Origin: Macrostomum lignano
Taxonomy: Eukaryota
Reading direction: 5' to 3'
DNA: 64,000 nt
NCBI GenBank assembly: GCA_002269645.1
Contig: NIVC01000992.1
Span: 310,001 to 374,000 of the forward strand
In this document: positions 48,995 through 60,879 of the stretch, piece by piece
How the letters are laid out: each line of letters begins with the position of its first letter
Numbering within the stretch: position 1 is the first letter of the stretch
Position numbers and translations under genes: made by a program
The notes under the pieces: generated by a model
The model's input: only the letters and a program-made list of their open reading frames with translations
Databases searched by the model: none
What the model was told of the DNA's origin: nothing

Positions 48995-49775
48995 ATCCTC
49001 AGTAGCTGGGCCAGCCTCTCAGATCCTCAGTTGCTGCGCCAGCCTCCCAGATCCTCAGTTATTGGGTCAGCCTCCCAGATCACAGATCCTCAGTTGCTGG
49101 GCCAGCCTCCCAGATCCTCAGTTGCTGGGCCAGCCTCCCAGATCCTCAGTTGCTGGGCCAGCCTCCCAGATCCTCAGTTGCTGGGCCAGCCTCCCAGATC
49201 CTCAGTTGCTGGGCCAGCCTCCCAGATCCTCAGTTGCTGGGCCAGCCTCCCAGATCCTCAGTTGCTGGGCCAGCCTCCCAGATCCTCAGTTGATGGGCCA
49301 GCCTCCCAGATCCTCAGTTGCTGGGCCAGCCTCCCAGATCCTCAGTTGATGGGCCAGCCTCCCAGATCCTCAGTTGCTGGGCCAGCCTCCCAGATCCTCA
49401 GTTGATGGGCCAGCCTCCCAGATCCTCAGTTGCTGGGCCAGCCTTCCAAATCCCAGTTGATGGGCCAGCCTCCCAGATCCTCAGTTGCTGGGCCAGCCTC
49501 CCAGATCCTCAGTTGATGGGCCAGCCTCCCAGATCCTCAGTTGCTGGGCCAGCCTTCCAAATCCCAGTTGATGGGCCAGCCTCCCAGATCCTCAGTTGCT
49601 GGGCCAGCCTCCCAGATCCTCAGTTGATGGGCCAGCCTCCCAGATCCTCAGTTGCTGGGCCAGCCTCCCAGATCCTCAGTTGATGGGCCAGCCTCCCAGA
49701 TCCTCAGTTGCTGGGCCAGCCTTCCAAATCCCAGTTGATGGGCCAGCCTCCCAGATCCTCAGTTGCTGGGCCAGC
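48995..49775. repeat. 28-bp minisatellite (CTCAGTTGCTGGGCCAGCCTCCCAGATC)
   Basis: Tandem units just downstream of the DHX34 stop. Confidence 0.95.
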
Positions 49776-51356
49776 CTGCTAGCCAAGATCCCCGGGCCGA
49801 TTCGCATTTTAGAAAAACGTTATTAAAACTCATTTTGTTGAAATTTTATCACTGCTTCCTATATAAGTATAGTAAAATTTCTCAGTTTTGCGATAAAGGT
49901 TGGCGCCTTTTCAATGATTGCCGAGTAATTTGTGTTTGCCTTTCACATTGATTAACAGTTGTATTTATCGTTTCTCGGCAATTTTTTACTCTATGAATGA
50001 GTAGTATACTAATATCTACAGATCATGTCCTGGTGTACATAAGTATGTATACATTTAGGTCTATTTATTAAGCGGTTTGCCTTATCGCACAGCAAAATCT
50101 ATTTTTAGCAACTGTTAGCTGACGCTGTTAGTGAATGTACAAAATGAAATAATAGCACGCGGTTTCGTCGTGATTAACTTGTTCTCGTGACTTGGTGAGA
50201 AATGCACAGCTGGGCTGGCTCTGCTCACCATCTAGTCACTCATTTCCAAGCTTCGAAGTCCAATAACAGTCTGCAAAACCATGTAGCTTTATCTCAAGCT
50301 CAATATAAACAGCGTAATCTTTGAAAAAAAGATAATTTCTTTAACACAAACGTATTGTCAACGTTATTAATGTCTTCTAGATTAAAAAAAATGGGTTATG
50401 GTTTCAATTGTTCAACAAAATACACGTGTAAATTGCTGCTGTAGCAATAAAATGTTTTTTATTCAATTACTTTTTTCCGTATTGTTTATGCTTAGATAGG
50501 TTTTTGTCTAAGCCTATACTTTTATATTTACAACGTAATGTTACATTTATATACTTAGCGTATAATTTATCGCCTTACTACTACTTATAATACGTTAAAG
50601 TTAAACTGTTTTATTAAGGATTTACTATTATATTAATTATAGCGATATTAGAAAAAATGAACGAAGTTTCAAATTGAAAAATAAAACTCGAAAAAATATG
50701 GGAAAAATTGAAACTTGGGTAGCTATACTACTATAGTGTAGTGCATGACTTATTAGATGGATTCGTAGTTATTAGTACTATTATTAACAATAAATTCAAA
50801 TTTATGCCAAAAATAACACTGGTTTTAAACAACAATTCAGCTTAAAATTGATTTCACTTCACAAATTCTAGATATTATTGCCATTATTAATGTTTTGAGA
50901 TTTGTTTTACAATTTCTCTTTTTGGCGCAAATTTGAATTTAATAAAATATTTAATTTGAATATATGTATACAAATGTAGATGATTGACATCAATTTAATT
51001 TAATTTATATGACACAGCATGGGCTAACCATTAACTAGATTTTAGATTGGGTTAAATAAACTGCATATTCTACATTTGTTCCACAAAATCAGTTTAAAAT
51101 CAAAAATGAAAATTTGGTTTATACTAGGATTCTGATTGATCCATGGATATTAGTTGGTAATCAGTAATCACTATCACTAACAAACACTACTTTTAAAATT
51201 GAAAACTGTAGCCCAACTTCTGTATCACTTTTGTTTTAATGCTGTCAATTAATTTTTAAACCAAAACCAGTATACCACTTATTATTATTAATAGGTAAAC
51301 AGCAAACTGTTTGTTTAGTTTTAAAGTATTGACAATTTCAATGGCTCAGTTGAGTT

Positions 51357-52157
51357 TCACTTGGACCTGAATCTGAGCTGGGCCTCAGCTGCCGCCCTGA
51401 TGTCGGCCAGCATTTGCACAAAAATCGTTTGAATTGTCCTACGCTGTTTACCCGGCGTCTCCGGCGGCAGCTCGCAGTCGGTGTACAACCCGTCGCCTAG
51501 GCAACGACTAACCCAGAGTCGGGCTTGAGCAGAATCCGTGTCGCCTTGGATTCCCTGCGTGTTTGCGGCCGCCTGCGGCTGATCCAAGTCCACAGTTGGT
51601 GCAGCATCTTGAATGCCCTGCTGCCTAGCAACAGCCGATGTATACAACTGCCGGCTTGGATGCGTTTTAATTAGACTATTAGCCACGAATTTGGCTCCCA
51701 AACCGCCGGCAGCTCCTTTGAAGTGCATATGACTTAATCCGGTGCCGCCTAGATTAGCAGGCGTTGGTACATAAGCGCCGACAGTTGGATAGTGGACACT
51801 CATTGGCTGAGAGGTGCCTGCGTTCTCTAACAGCAGCTGCGTGCTAGAATTCAACTGCAAACTGCTCATATTGTCGCACGGTCCTTTGTACGTGTAGTCC
51901 ACTGTATGAGCCTCGCTTAAATAGTCCGATTCTTCAGTTAGCAGAGGCAGATCTGTCATCAGGCCATTGTCGCTAGCCGTCTTGATATAAGCGGTATCCT
52001 GCTCATCAACGGGATCCTTGTACACCATGCTGCCTTTCTCAGTCTCCCATTCAGATGCGATTGCTGTCATTTTTGGCACCGCATTAGCTGCCGATCTTGT
52101 CGACAGAGCCGATAATGCGGCTTTGCCTCCTCGAAGGACTGTCTTGCTTACTTGCAT
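51357..52157 (-). CDS. Uncharacterised intronless 266-aa protein
   Basis: Long non-repetitive ORF in a GC-rich island inside AT-rich DNA; basic, acid-free N-terminus; no family recognised. Confidence 0.6.
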   Translation of the reverse strand: MQVSKTVLRGGKAALSALSTRSAANAVPKMTAIASEWETEKGSMVYKDPVDEQDTAYIKTASDNGLMTDLPLLTEESDYLSEAHTVDYTYKGPCDNMSSLQLNSSTQLLLENAGTSQPMSVHYPTVGAYVPTPANLGGTGLSHMHFKGAAGGLGAKFVANSLIKTHPSRQLYTSAVARQQGIQDAAPTVDLDQPQAAANTQGIQGDTDSAQARLWVSRCLGDGLYTDCELPPETPGKQRRTIQTIFVQMLADIRAAAEAQLRFRSK

Positions 52158-52745
52158 TTTGCAGTCCGTAGTCTGTTTTGGCTGTGTCGAGCGGACTGTA
52201 GGCTTTCACGCTGTTTTGCACTGGGGTCTGTTTAGTCCTCGCTTTTCTCTACGTATATTAATACAGCCTTGCCCTTGGTTCAATAAAGATTTCACTTACG
52301 CGACCTTGGCGTAGGACGGCTTTTTATTGGTTGACACGCCTTGAAAAACCACGTGTGTGCTAAAAATAGATTTCCAAGCGCGCGCTTTCCACGTTGTAAA
52401 TGCGTGATTCTACTTGCCTATTTCCGTTTGGCGTTTTAGAGCCTAAGGCTAAGGCTTAAGGAAAAAAATGCCCTTACCCACAAGCGGCCTCAAGCCTTGC
52501 TCAAGCTTTTTGTGAAAACAAAAAAGTAAAAGCCTATGCAGTATGCACTGAGGTTCAGTGCTGTTCTTTAGCTTTCTTCCTGCTATTTAAACTATTGCAC
52601 TATCATGTGATATTACTATGCACAACAACTTTCTGTCGATTTTAAATAGACAAAAAAACCATTTTGTACTACTGCTTTATAAGTATAGTGACGCAGTCTT
52701 CTGTCATTCGTTTATGCAGACCAGCACCCACCGTTTGAATAAGCC

Positions 52746-53114
52746 ATGGCCCACGACGATAAAGAGGGACAAAGCGAACTGGCTTGCACTTACGCCGCTT
52801 TGATCCTTGCCGACGATGACATCCCAGTCACTGCCGACAAGATTAGCGCCATATTGAAAGCGGCCAATATTCACTTTGTAGAGCCATTCTGGCCAAACAT
52901 GTTTGCCAGAGCTTTAGAGAAGCAGGACCTCAAGCAGTTGCTATTTAGCGCCGGAGTTGGCGCCGGTGGCGCCGCCGGTGGGGAAGCAGGCGCCGCTGCT
53001 GCTGATGGCGCCGGAGCTGACGCCGCCGCCGCCGCGCCTGAGAAAAAGGAAGAGAAAAAGCCGGAATCCGAATCCGAATCCGACGACGATATGGGACTGG
53101 ACCTGTTTGGCTAA
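52746..53114 (+). CDS. RPLP1: 60S acidic ribosomal protein P1 (divergent paralog), intronless CDS
   Basis: [38 protein letters not shown], Ala/Gly hinge and acidic tail [14 protein letters not shown]. Confidence 0.92.
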   Translation: MAHDDKEGQSELACTYAALILADDDIPVTADKISAILKAANIHFVEPFWPNMFARALEKQDLKQLLFSAGVGAGGAAGGEAGAAAADGAGADAAAAAPEKKEEKKPESESESDDDMGLDLFG

Positions 53115-54503
53115 GCCTGACTAACCCGACTCGTGTAGCTTAACCAGCAAAATACATTTTTCTAGGTTAAAAAAAGTTTGCTGTGCCGTTTCTCATCTTG
53201 TAGTTTCTTTCTATCGTTCGAGCTGTTGTTTTCGAGTTACATTATTCAAACCCAGCTTTTTTCTCGAATCTACAAATTCAATATTTAATCTGCTTTTTCA
53301 CCAACCTTGCTCTGACTACTACCCTAAGAGTCCTCGTCCTGTTTTTACTGTCGTGTTTTGATCAAATAAATCTCACGTTTTACCAACGAGAAAATCACAA
53401 CGAAGTTTTTCTTTGTTTTTTTACCTGATTTTGATCAGTGTCACGCCATGGTTTTCATCACAAAATATTTTTGAGTTGTTTTTGCATCCCCAGAATGATT
53501 ACATTATTCGCTTTTTATATTAAATTACACACTTTTTCTTCAGTCCTACTTATGCTTTTGCATAAAGTACAACAAAATATTTTTCAAGCTCTTTGTTTTT
53601 TTGAAGTTGGCGTCGCTTTTTGCTATTGCACGCGACGCTTAGCTTTAAATTAACCACCGAAGATCCCTAAAAAAGCTTTTGCACTCTTGCAACACCATTT
53701 TTACCGTTTGCAAATGTAATCTGGAAAAAACTAACACCAGTTCTACTTATTATTGTCAAAGTAGTTGTCAGTAGTAGCAACCGTGTTTTTTATTTTATTT
53801 TTACTATATTTAAAAAACAATTTTGTTAATAATTAACATCATTGACATCTGGAGCATGAAGTAATTTTTATTTGTATGCAAGGCATTATAAATAGTTAAA
53901 TTTTTAAATTAATTTACTACAGTTTTTTTACTCAGTTCAGATTAACTGACCTGCACTATCAGACTATCTATTATTTAGTAATTCCTTCACTTACCTAAGC
54001 CCATAAACTAGAACTGTCTTCTAGCCATTTGTGTAAGATGAAAACATCTGCAAAAAATATTTATCCAGTTTTTAATTCACTTTTTTAATTGATTGATCCA
54101 ACTTTTTGATTAAAGCAAAAATATATGCTGCTAATCCTAGGCTGGTAGCAAGTTAAATTGTGACCGTTTAGCGCTTTTAATTGTTTTGATTTTTGAGACA
54201 CGTTTTCATGAAAAAAAAATATATTTATGAATAGATTAGTGTCTTTTCACCCGTCGAAAAAAACTGGGGTTAGGGTTTGTTAAAAAAAGGTTTTCAATAT
54301 TTCTGCCGATATGTATCGAAAGTAAAAAAATACAGGCGTTTAAACCCGTTGTAGAGATTTCTATCTTTTCATGGTTATTTTAAAGCAAAAATTACAAAAG
54401 GAACTTAAAATAATATTGTTACGACAACAATGGCGAAAAATATAAAATTAGTCATTTTAAATAGTTGCCATTTAAGATTGGAAAAATCACTTGCTAAAAA
54501 ATT

Positions 54504-54589
54504 TCCGGTGAGGCGGATTTGAACCACCGACCTAAGGATTGCTGTTCCGCATCTACAGTCCTCCGCTCTACCAACTGAGCTATCACCGG
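54504..54589 (-). tRNA. tRNA-Tyr: tRNA-Tyr (GTA) with 13-nt intron
   Basis: Minus strand CCGGTGATAGCTCAGTTGGTAGAGCGGAGGACTGTAG[ATGCGGAACAGCA]ATCCTTAGGTCGGTGGTTCAAATCCGCCTCACCGGA: perfect acceptor stem, C1-G72 and A73, intron after position 37, T6 terminator at 54496-54501. Confidence 0.93.
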
Positions 54590-54802
54590 CCTGACTTAGA
54601 AGGCGTCTTTTTGTATATTTCTATTCAGTTCGCTATTTTTTTACTTCTTAAACAGTAAAATAAACGACAAACATTCCGAATCAGAGTATCATAATAGTTA
54701 ATTGCTATTATAGTTGCACTTTTCGGACTCATGTTAGGATTAAACAAGCCTTATTCATTCATGTTATTTTATTGTCATGGCCTTTGCTGCTTGCTGTTGC
54801 AG

Positions 54803-55910
54803 ATGCTTCTTCCATTGCTGCTCCTGCTGTACATGGTCCAAGGCATACCCTATGGCTTTCAGTCGCGTTTCCTACCAATCTATCTGCGCACCCATGGCCT
54901 CAGTTTGAGCATCCTGTCTTCATTAAAACTGCTCTATACGCCTTGGCTATTGAAGACGCTCTGGGCTCCGCTTGTTGACGCATATCGAAGCAAACGATGG
55001 TGGCTCATAGTCAGCATGTCTGGCCTGTTAGCCACCTGTTTGGGACTTGGATGTCTAGAGCCAACTCAACTCTGGGTATTGGCCGGATTTATGGCCACTC
55101 AAAATCTTCTAGCATCGGTTTGTACTGCTTCTATATTAAATTTTTAAACTTTGCCGATATGTATCGAAAAACGTATTACCAAGATATAAATAATATCTAT
55201 ATTATTAATAAATATATTATTGAATAAAATTTAAATATTATATAAGCTCAGTAGCTATAATAAAATCGAGGATTTATTTACTAATTTATTTAAAATCAAT
55301 AAAATAATTTTTGGTTTGAAATCCGATATGTATCGAAAGTATGTATAATGTGTGTGCATACATATGATTGTTCCAGTTGCAAGACATAGCCGTTGACGCA
55401 TTCGCCATAGTCAGCTTGTCGCCCTCGCAGCTGGGCAGCGGCAATGTTGCTCAAGTGGTTGGCTACAAACTGGGCGCGGTGCTTGGCGGTGGTTGCCTAG
55501 TAACCCTGGCAGACTGGTTGCCATGGTCTGGTCTGTTCGTTGGACTGGCTGCCATCTACGCCGCCGCTATCTACGCTGCCAGCACCTCGCTAGGCCCCGA
55601 CGACGACGCCAGACGGTCTGGTCCGGATAACAAAATCGATGGCAATAAAAAATCTTCTGCAGCGCCGGAACAGGCGCTTAGTTTAGGCGCGTACGCGCGC
55701 ACCCTGAGTTCGGCACTGCGGTCCGGCGGCTCCGACACGGCCAGCATGGCCGGCTTGGTGCTGCTGTACAAACTGGGCGAGCAGGGGGCGCTTGGCATGC
55801 TGCCGCTGTTCCTGGTTGACAGGGGCGTGTCTCTGGGACAGGTGAGGCAAACCGGGACTGTCTGTCTGTCTGTCTCTCTGTCTGTCTGTTTTCGTCTGTC
55901 TGTCTGTCTC

Positions 55911-55941
<31 letters not shown>

Positions 55942-56007
55942 GTCTGTCTGTTTTCGTCTGTCTGTCTGTTGGTGTCTGTCTGTCTGTCTCTCTGTCTGTC
56001 TGTTTTC

Positions 56008-56083
<76 letters not shown>

Positions 56084-56732
56084 GTCTGTCTGTTTTCGTC
56101 TGTCTGTCTGTTGGTGTCTGTCTGTCTGTCTGTCTGTCTGTCTTTCTTAGTGTCCTCTCTACTCGCGCCTGTCTGTTTTTTGTCTAACTGTCTTAGCGTC
56201 TTAATCTCAAGTGTGTCCAGTCTAAGGTCTTAGTAATATCTACTCACCCTACACCAACCTCGCTCAGGTGGGATTCTGGACAGGTGTAGTAGGCCAGGTG
56301 ACCTCGGTGCTTGGCTCCGCTCTTGGCGGCCCCGCCCTTGCCCGCTGGCCGGCTCGCTCGGTCCTGCTGGCGTGCTGCTGTGTCCGCCTGCCGTTGCTGT
56401 GCGGCCTGGCTGCCTGCGCCTCGTCCGGAGTCCACGGTGCCTCCGACATGGTCCTGCCAGCCTCGGTGCTGCTAATGAACGCCAGCCTGCTAGTCAGCGG
56501 CTTGATCACCACATCGACGTTCGCCCTGATGATGCGGTGCTCGCAGACGGCTCCGCCAGCCTGTCGGGCCACGCACTATACGGGCTTGGCTACGCTTGAA
56601 GTGCTGGGCAAGCTGATGTTCAGCTCGGCGTCTGGCGTTATTGTTGATGGCCTGGGCTACGGCGCCAGTTACGTGCTGTTCCTGGTGCTGGCTGCTCTGG
56701 TGCCGGCTTATCTGCATCGCTACGTGTGCTGA
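54803..56732 (+). CDS. MFSD3: Major facilitator superfamily transporter MFSD3 (AmpG/acetyl-CoA transporter-like), 3 exons
   Basis: Exons 54803-55117, 55377-55841 and 56268-56732 with phase-0 GT-AG joins; [44 protein letters not shown]-like and YKLGEQG motifs match MFSD3. Confidence 0.88.
55858..56145. repeat. (CTGT)n-derived microsatellite in MFSD3 intron 2
   Basis: Tetranucleotide run with a higher-order TTTTCG interruption. Confidence 0.95.
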
Positions 56733-56812
56733 CCCAGTTATAATAAAAAGTTTATTACTGTTAGCATTTATTTGCAGGGTTGAACCGCTAGCAATAGTCC
56801 GAATTAATATTC

Positions 56813-56888
56813 TGGCCTAGCTGGGAATCGAACCCCCGGCCACTTCGGCGCAAGAGTCGGACGCGTTAACCGCTGAGCTACTGCGGCC
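56813..56888 (-). pseudogene. tRNA-like sequence (pseudo-tRNA or SINE head)
   Basis: Minus strand GGCCGCAGTAGCTCAGCGGTTAACGCG...GGTTCGATTCCC has A and B boxes, but the acceptor and anticodon stems pair poorly. Confidence 0.55.
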
Positions 56889-57105
56889 CACATTTATATT
56901 AGCAACATTCCGACTAATTATTATAGACTTTCTCTGCCTATGACTAATATTGATGATAGTAAAATGTTAAAACATGGTCCGTTCGTTTTCATGTCGTTTT
57001 TTCCTTCTTTGACATTTTAGCCTGTTGTTACCTATTCTCGCGTGTGTCTTTGATAATGTGCAACTCTTGGTACTAATTAATTACCATTATAGATAATTTT
57101 TAAGT

Positions 57106-58132
57106 CAGGGGTCGGCGAATTCCGGTCCGCGGGCCAAATCCAGTCTGCCAATCTTCCCTATCCGGCCCTCGGCTTATGTCTCTTCTCAGCTGTCTTCTCT
57201 CAAATCTCATCTCTCCTCTCCTCTGCCCTCTCCTCTCCTCTCTCCTTTCCCCTCCCCTCTCCTCTCTCCTCTCCTCTTCTCTCCCCTCTCTCTCTTTTCC
57301 CCTCTTCTCTCCTCTCTCCTCTCCCCTCTTCTCCCCCTCCCCTCTCCTCTCTCTTCTCTCTTCTCTCCCCTCTCCCCTCCCCACTCCCCTTCCCTCTCCT
57401 CTCTCCTTTCCCCTCCCCTCTCCTCTCTCCTGTCCTCTCTCCTCTCCCCTTCCCTCTCCTCTCTCCCCTCTCCTCTCCTCTCTCCTCTCCCCTCTTCTCT
57501 CCCCTCCCCTCTCCTCTCTCTTCTCCCCTCTTCTCTACCCTCTCCTCTCTCCTCTCTCCTCTCCCCTCTTCTCCCCTCCCCTCTCCTCTCTCTTCTCTCT
57601 TCTCTCCCCTCTCCCCTCCCCACTCCCCCCTCTCCTCTCTCCTTTCCCCTCCCCTCTCCTCTCTCCTGTCCTCTCTCCTCTCCCCTTCCCTCTCCTCTCT
57701 CCCCTCTCCTCTCCTCTCTCCTCTCCCCTCTTCTCTCCCCCTCTCTTCTCCCCTCTTCTCCCCTCCCCTCTCCTCTCCCCTCTCCTCTCCACTCTTCTCG
57801 TCCTCCCCTCTCCTCTCCCCTCTTCTCTCCCCTCTCCTCTCCTCTCCCCTCTTCTCTCCCCCCTCATCTCCTCTCCCCTCTTCTCTCTCCTCTACTCTCC
57901 TCATTCCTCTCCCCTCTCCTCTCCCCTCTTCTCTCCAATCTTCTCTCCTCATTCCTCTCCCCTCTTCTCTCCCCTCTTCTCTCCAATCTTCTCTCCTCAT
58001 TCCTCTCCCCTCTTCTCTCCCCTCTCCTCTCCTATCTCCTCTCTCCTCTTCTCTGTCTGGCCCGCAATCAGGCGCTAGATTCTCTACCTTCTCTACCTCT
58101 ACCTTTTTCTAAAAATATTTTGCCGATCCTTG
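57106..58132. mobile_element. hAT-like non-autonomous element with a long CT-rich core
   Basis: Left CAGGGGTCGGCGAA, right TTTGCCGATCCTTG (imperfect TIR); subterminal GGCCCGC motifs; about 880-bp polypyrimidine interior; TSD degenerate. Confidence 0.55.
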
Positions 58133-58624
58133 ATCAAAGTGACGCCTCCTCAAATAGGTTTTTTATTTACGTCGTCGAAAAGCAGAACTGTTCATAACTT
58201 AGAAAGTTCACCTGGGTTAATGATATTAGGTTAGCTGTTTTATGTCTGTGTTTGAATCTCTCTATTTTTAACTATTAATTTTGATATTTATGGTTTTCCC
58301 TTGTGTATCTTAACGATAAGACATCAGAGGTTCAATGACTTTAAATAAATGTTATCCAAAATTTAAACTACAATGCTAAATTCACTCAAGTTGCAATCAA
58401 TGCTGTTTGTGTTCATTCCAGTTCTAGTCTTGAATCTCGTTATATTGTATTTTTCTTGAAATTCTTGAAATTCGAAATACATGTACCATGATTAATTGAT
58501 CTATTCCTATGTGCTTTTGTCATTCATAAATTATGGTAATGACTGAAATCCTTCAAACCTATTAGTCCAATTTTAATAAGCTTATTTTCATTTTTTACGT
58601 TTGCCCATATAAAAGGTTAATTTC

Positions 58625-59005
58625 GGTCTGTGGGTCAGTTGGGAAAAGGACTTTAGTCTGTGGTCAATTGGGAGAAGGACTTTAGTCTGTGGGTCAGTTG
58701 GGAGAAGGACTTTAGTCTGTGGGTCAGTTGGGAGAATGACTTTAGTCTGTGGGTCAGTTGGGAGAAGGACTTTAGTCTGTGGGTCAGTTGGGAGAATGAC
58801 TTTAGTCTGTGGGTCAGTTGGGAGAAGGACTTTAGTCTGTGGGTCAGTTGGGAGAATGACTTTAGTCTGTGGGTCAGTTGGGAGGACTTTAGTCTGTGGG
58901 TCAGTTGGGAGAATGACTTTAGTCTGTGGGTCAGTTGGGAGAATGACTTTAGTCTGTGGGTCAGTTGGGAGAATGATTTTAGTCTGTGCGTCAGTTGGGA
59001 GAACT
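58625..59005. repeat. 30-bp minisatellite (CTTTAGTCTGTGGGTCAGTTGGGAGAAGGA)
   Basis: About 12 tandem units. Confidence 0.95.
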
Positions 59006-59695
59006 TAAATTTTCTGTGTCGGTTGGGATTTGGAAGAGTGATTTAGTCTCCGTCTTTGCATCTCTAGTTTTATTCCGGATTGCCTGAAGGCACTGGACGT
59101 TTTTAATAATTGGAAAAAAAAAGAATTTTTAATCGGAAATCGCTGACGCGGGACTTCTTGAACTGCAGGTCAAGTGCTGACTTCTTATATATGGAGATTA
59201 TTCTTGCGTACGATTGGCTCATTGTGAGAGCGTTTTCCGATTTCGTATGCATAATTTAGTAAATCCTTAAGGACCCTGCCCTGCCCTGTTAGCTCCACCC
59301 CTTAGCCTGAAATCGTAATTCTGTGCCAGTCAAGCGATTACAAACAAAGCTCAATAGCTAGTCTTCTGAGTTCCCTGAGACCTTATCGGTTTACATACTA
59401 TAACCTTACGTGTAGCCATGTGGGCTTCACATGCTTCTTGGATGAAATATGATCGATAGTCCGTGTTTGCACAGATCATCTTCATAACCTCCTTGCTTCA
59501 CGGCTTAGTGACTGACTGGATTCCGATTCTGTTTATTAAAGTAAGGCAATGAATAAGTAAAATTTGTATTGCTAGTAGCTTCTTTATTACCTGGGTCGAA
59601 AGCACTTTGTGTTTTATATAATTATTAGTTCCATGGCCTTTTCAAATACAGCATATATACTCATGTTACAAACAAGGACTACCCAACATGCTTGG

Positions 59696-59852
59696 GCGCA
59701 ACCTTGGGATTCACCCGGCCGTTTCTATTGGCAACACACACATGTAAGTCGCTTTTGGACGGAATAGTAAGTCACGTGACTGCTCTCAGCCAATAGCGAC
59801 TTACATGTGTGTGTTGCCAATAGAAACGGCCGGGTGATTCCCAAGGTTGCGC
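59696..59852. repeat. 58-bp inverted repeat (1 mismatch) with 41-nt spacer
   Basis: 59696-59753 is the reverse complement of 59795-59852 except at one base. Confidence 0.92.
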
Positions 59853-60879
59853 ATGTATGCTACCCAAGCAGGACGGGAAACCTTGTTTCTTGGAAAACTT
59901 TTGAAGGCCGGTTTTTTAATCGTTTATAAAATTGGGATTCTATGTTAAATTTCTATTCTACGTACACTTGCATATATGTCCTGTGCCTAAAAACTATCGA
60001 AATGGCACGGCTCGGCTCATTGGTTTTATGAATCTATTTTATCATTCTTGGATGACTGTGTGACAATACCGGTATATGTATCAGAGAACACTGGGGCTGC
60101 CTCCTATCGAAGGCAATAGCAATTTTTATGCTGAAAAAATGAAAACTTCCTATCTCCGTAGTGTATTTTTTTCGGAACCTGCCCCTAAAATTTTCAAAGA
60201 AGCAAGGTTTACTGTTTTTTTTTCTACTTCAGTAGCCCTTGGCTACAAATTTTGCGTATCAGAAATAACACGAACAGGGTCTGACAGTGAGCAGATTATC
60301 GGGAGTTAATCGGAAAAGAAGATTAAAGATGATGCCTTTAAAGTCCATGGCAATTTCAAAGGACTCTTATTTTACGTGAAGTTTTGCTGCTTCGATTTCC
60401 ACTATAGTCCCATTCCGCTGATCCCCTAAGCACGCGCATGGTCTCACAGGGTTTGTGTGTGTTTTCTACTCACATTGGCACATTTTGAACTGACATACAG
60501 GTGCAGTTGCTAGATTTTCGTGTAAATCTGATGCATCCTAAATGTACATACTCTGTACCTTAAAGGCTTGGCCCTCCCTGATCATGGTCGAGAATGGTGC
60601 AACAGTCAGACAAGTTAGGGTTGAGCTGCTCTCTGCCTCCTTAAGGTCTTAATTATTTTTAAAAAACTATATGGTTGTCTAACAAAGCTTTAATAATTTT
60701 GGCAAAAAATAATCAACACCTGCATATAAGATAATATAACTGCCTACCTGTTCAAGTAAATGTTGTGCACCTTGATAATAATAAATATATACTATTGCGC
60801 AAGAGTAAGACAGTGCTGAGATTAACTATCACAACTGATTAATTCCTCTACTCGTATATAACGCTTTTGAAGGTGATTT

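Noticed and set aside
51357-52157. PP2C-like VSRCLGD in the orphan ORF
   Set aside because: Other PP2C motifs are absent or out of order; likely coincidence.
54803-56732. MFSD3 (AmpG muropeptide-permease-like) as a functional partner of the putative peptidoglycan peptidase
   Set aside because: MFSD3 is a normal vertically inherited animal gene 30 kb away with unrelated genes between; nothing in the sequence links them.
56813-56888. Functional tRNA-Lys(CTT)
   Set aside because: Anticodon and acceptor stems do not pair; kept only as a pseudo-tRNA or SINE head.
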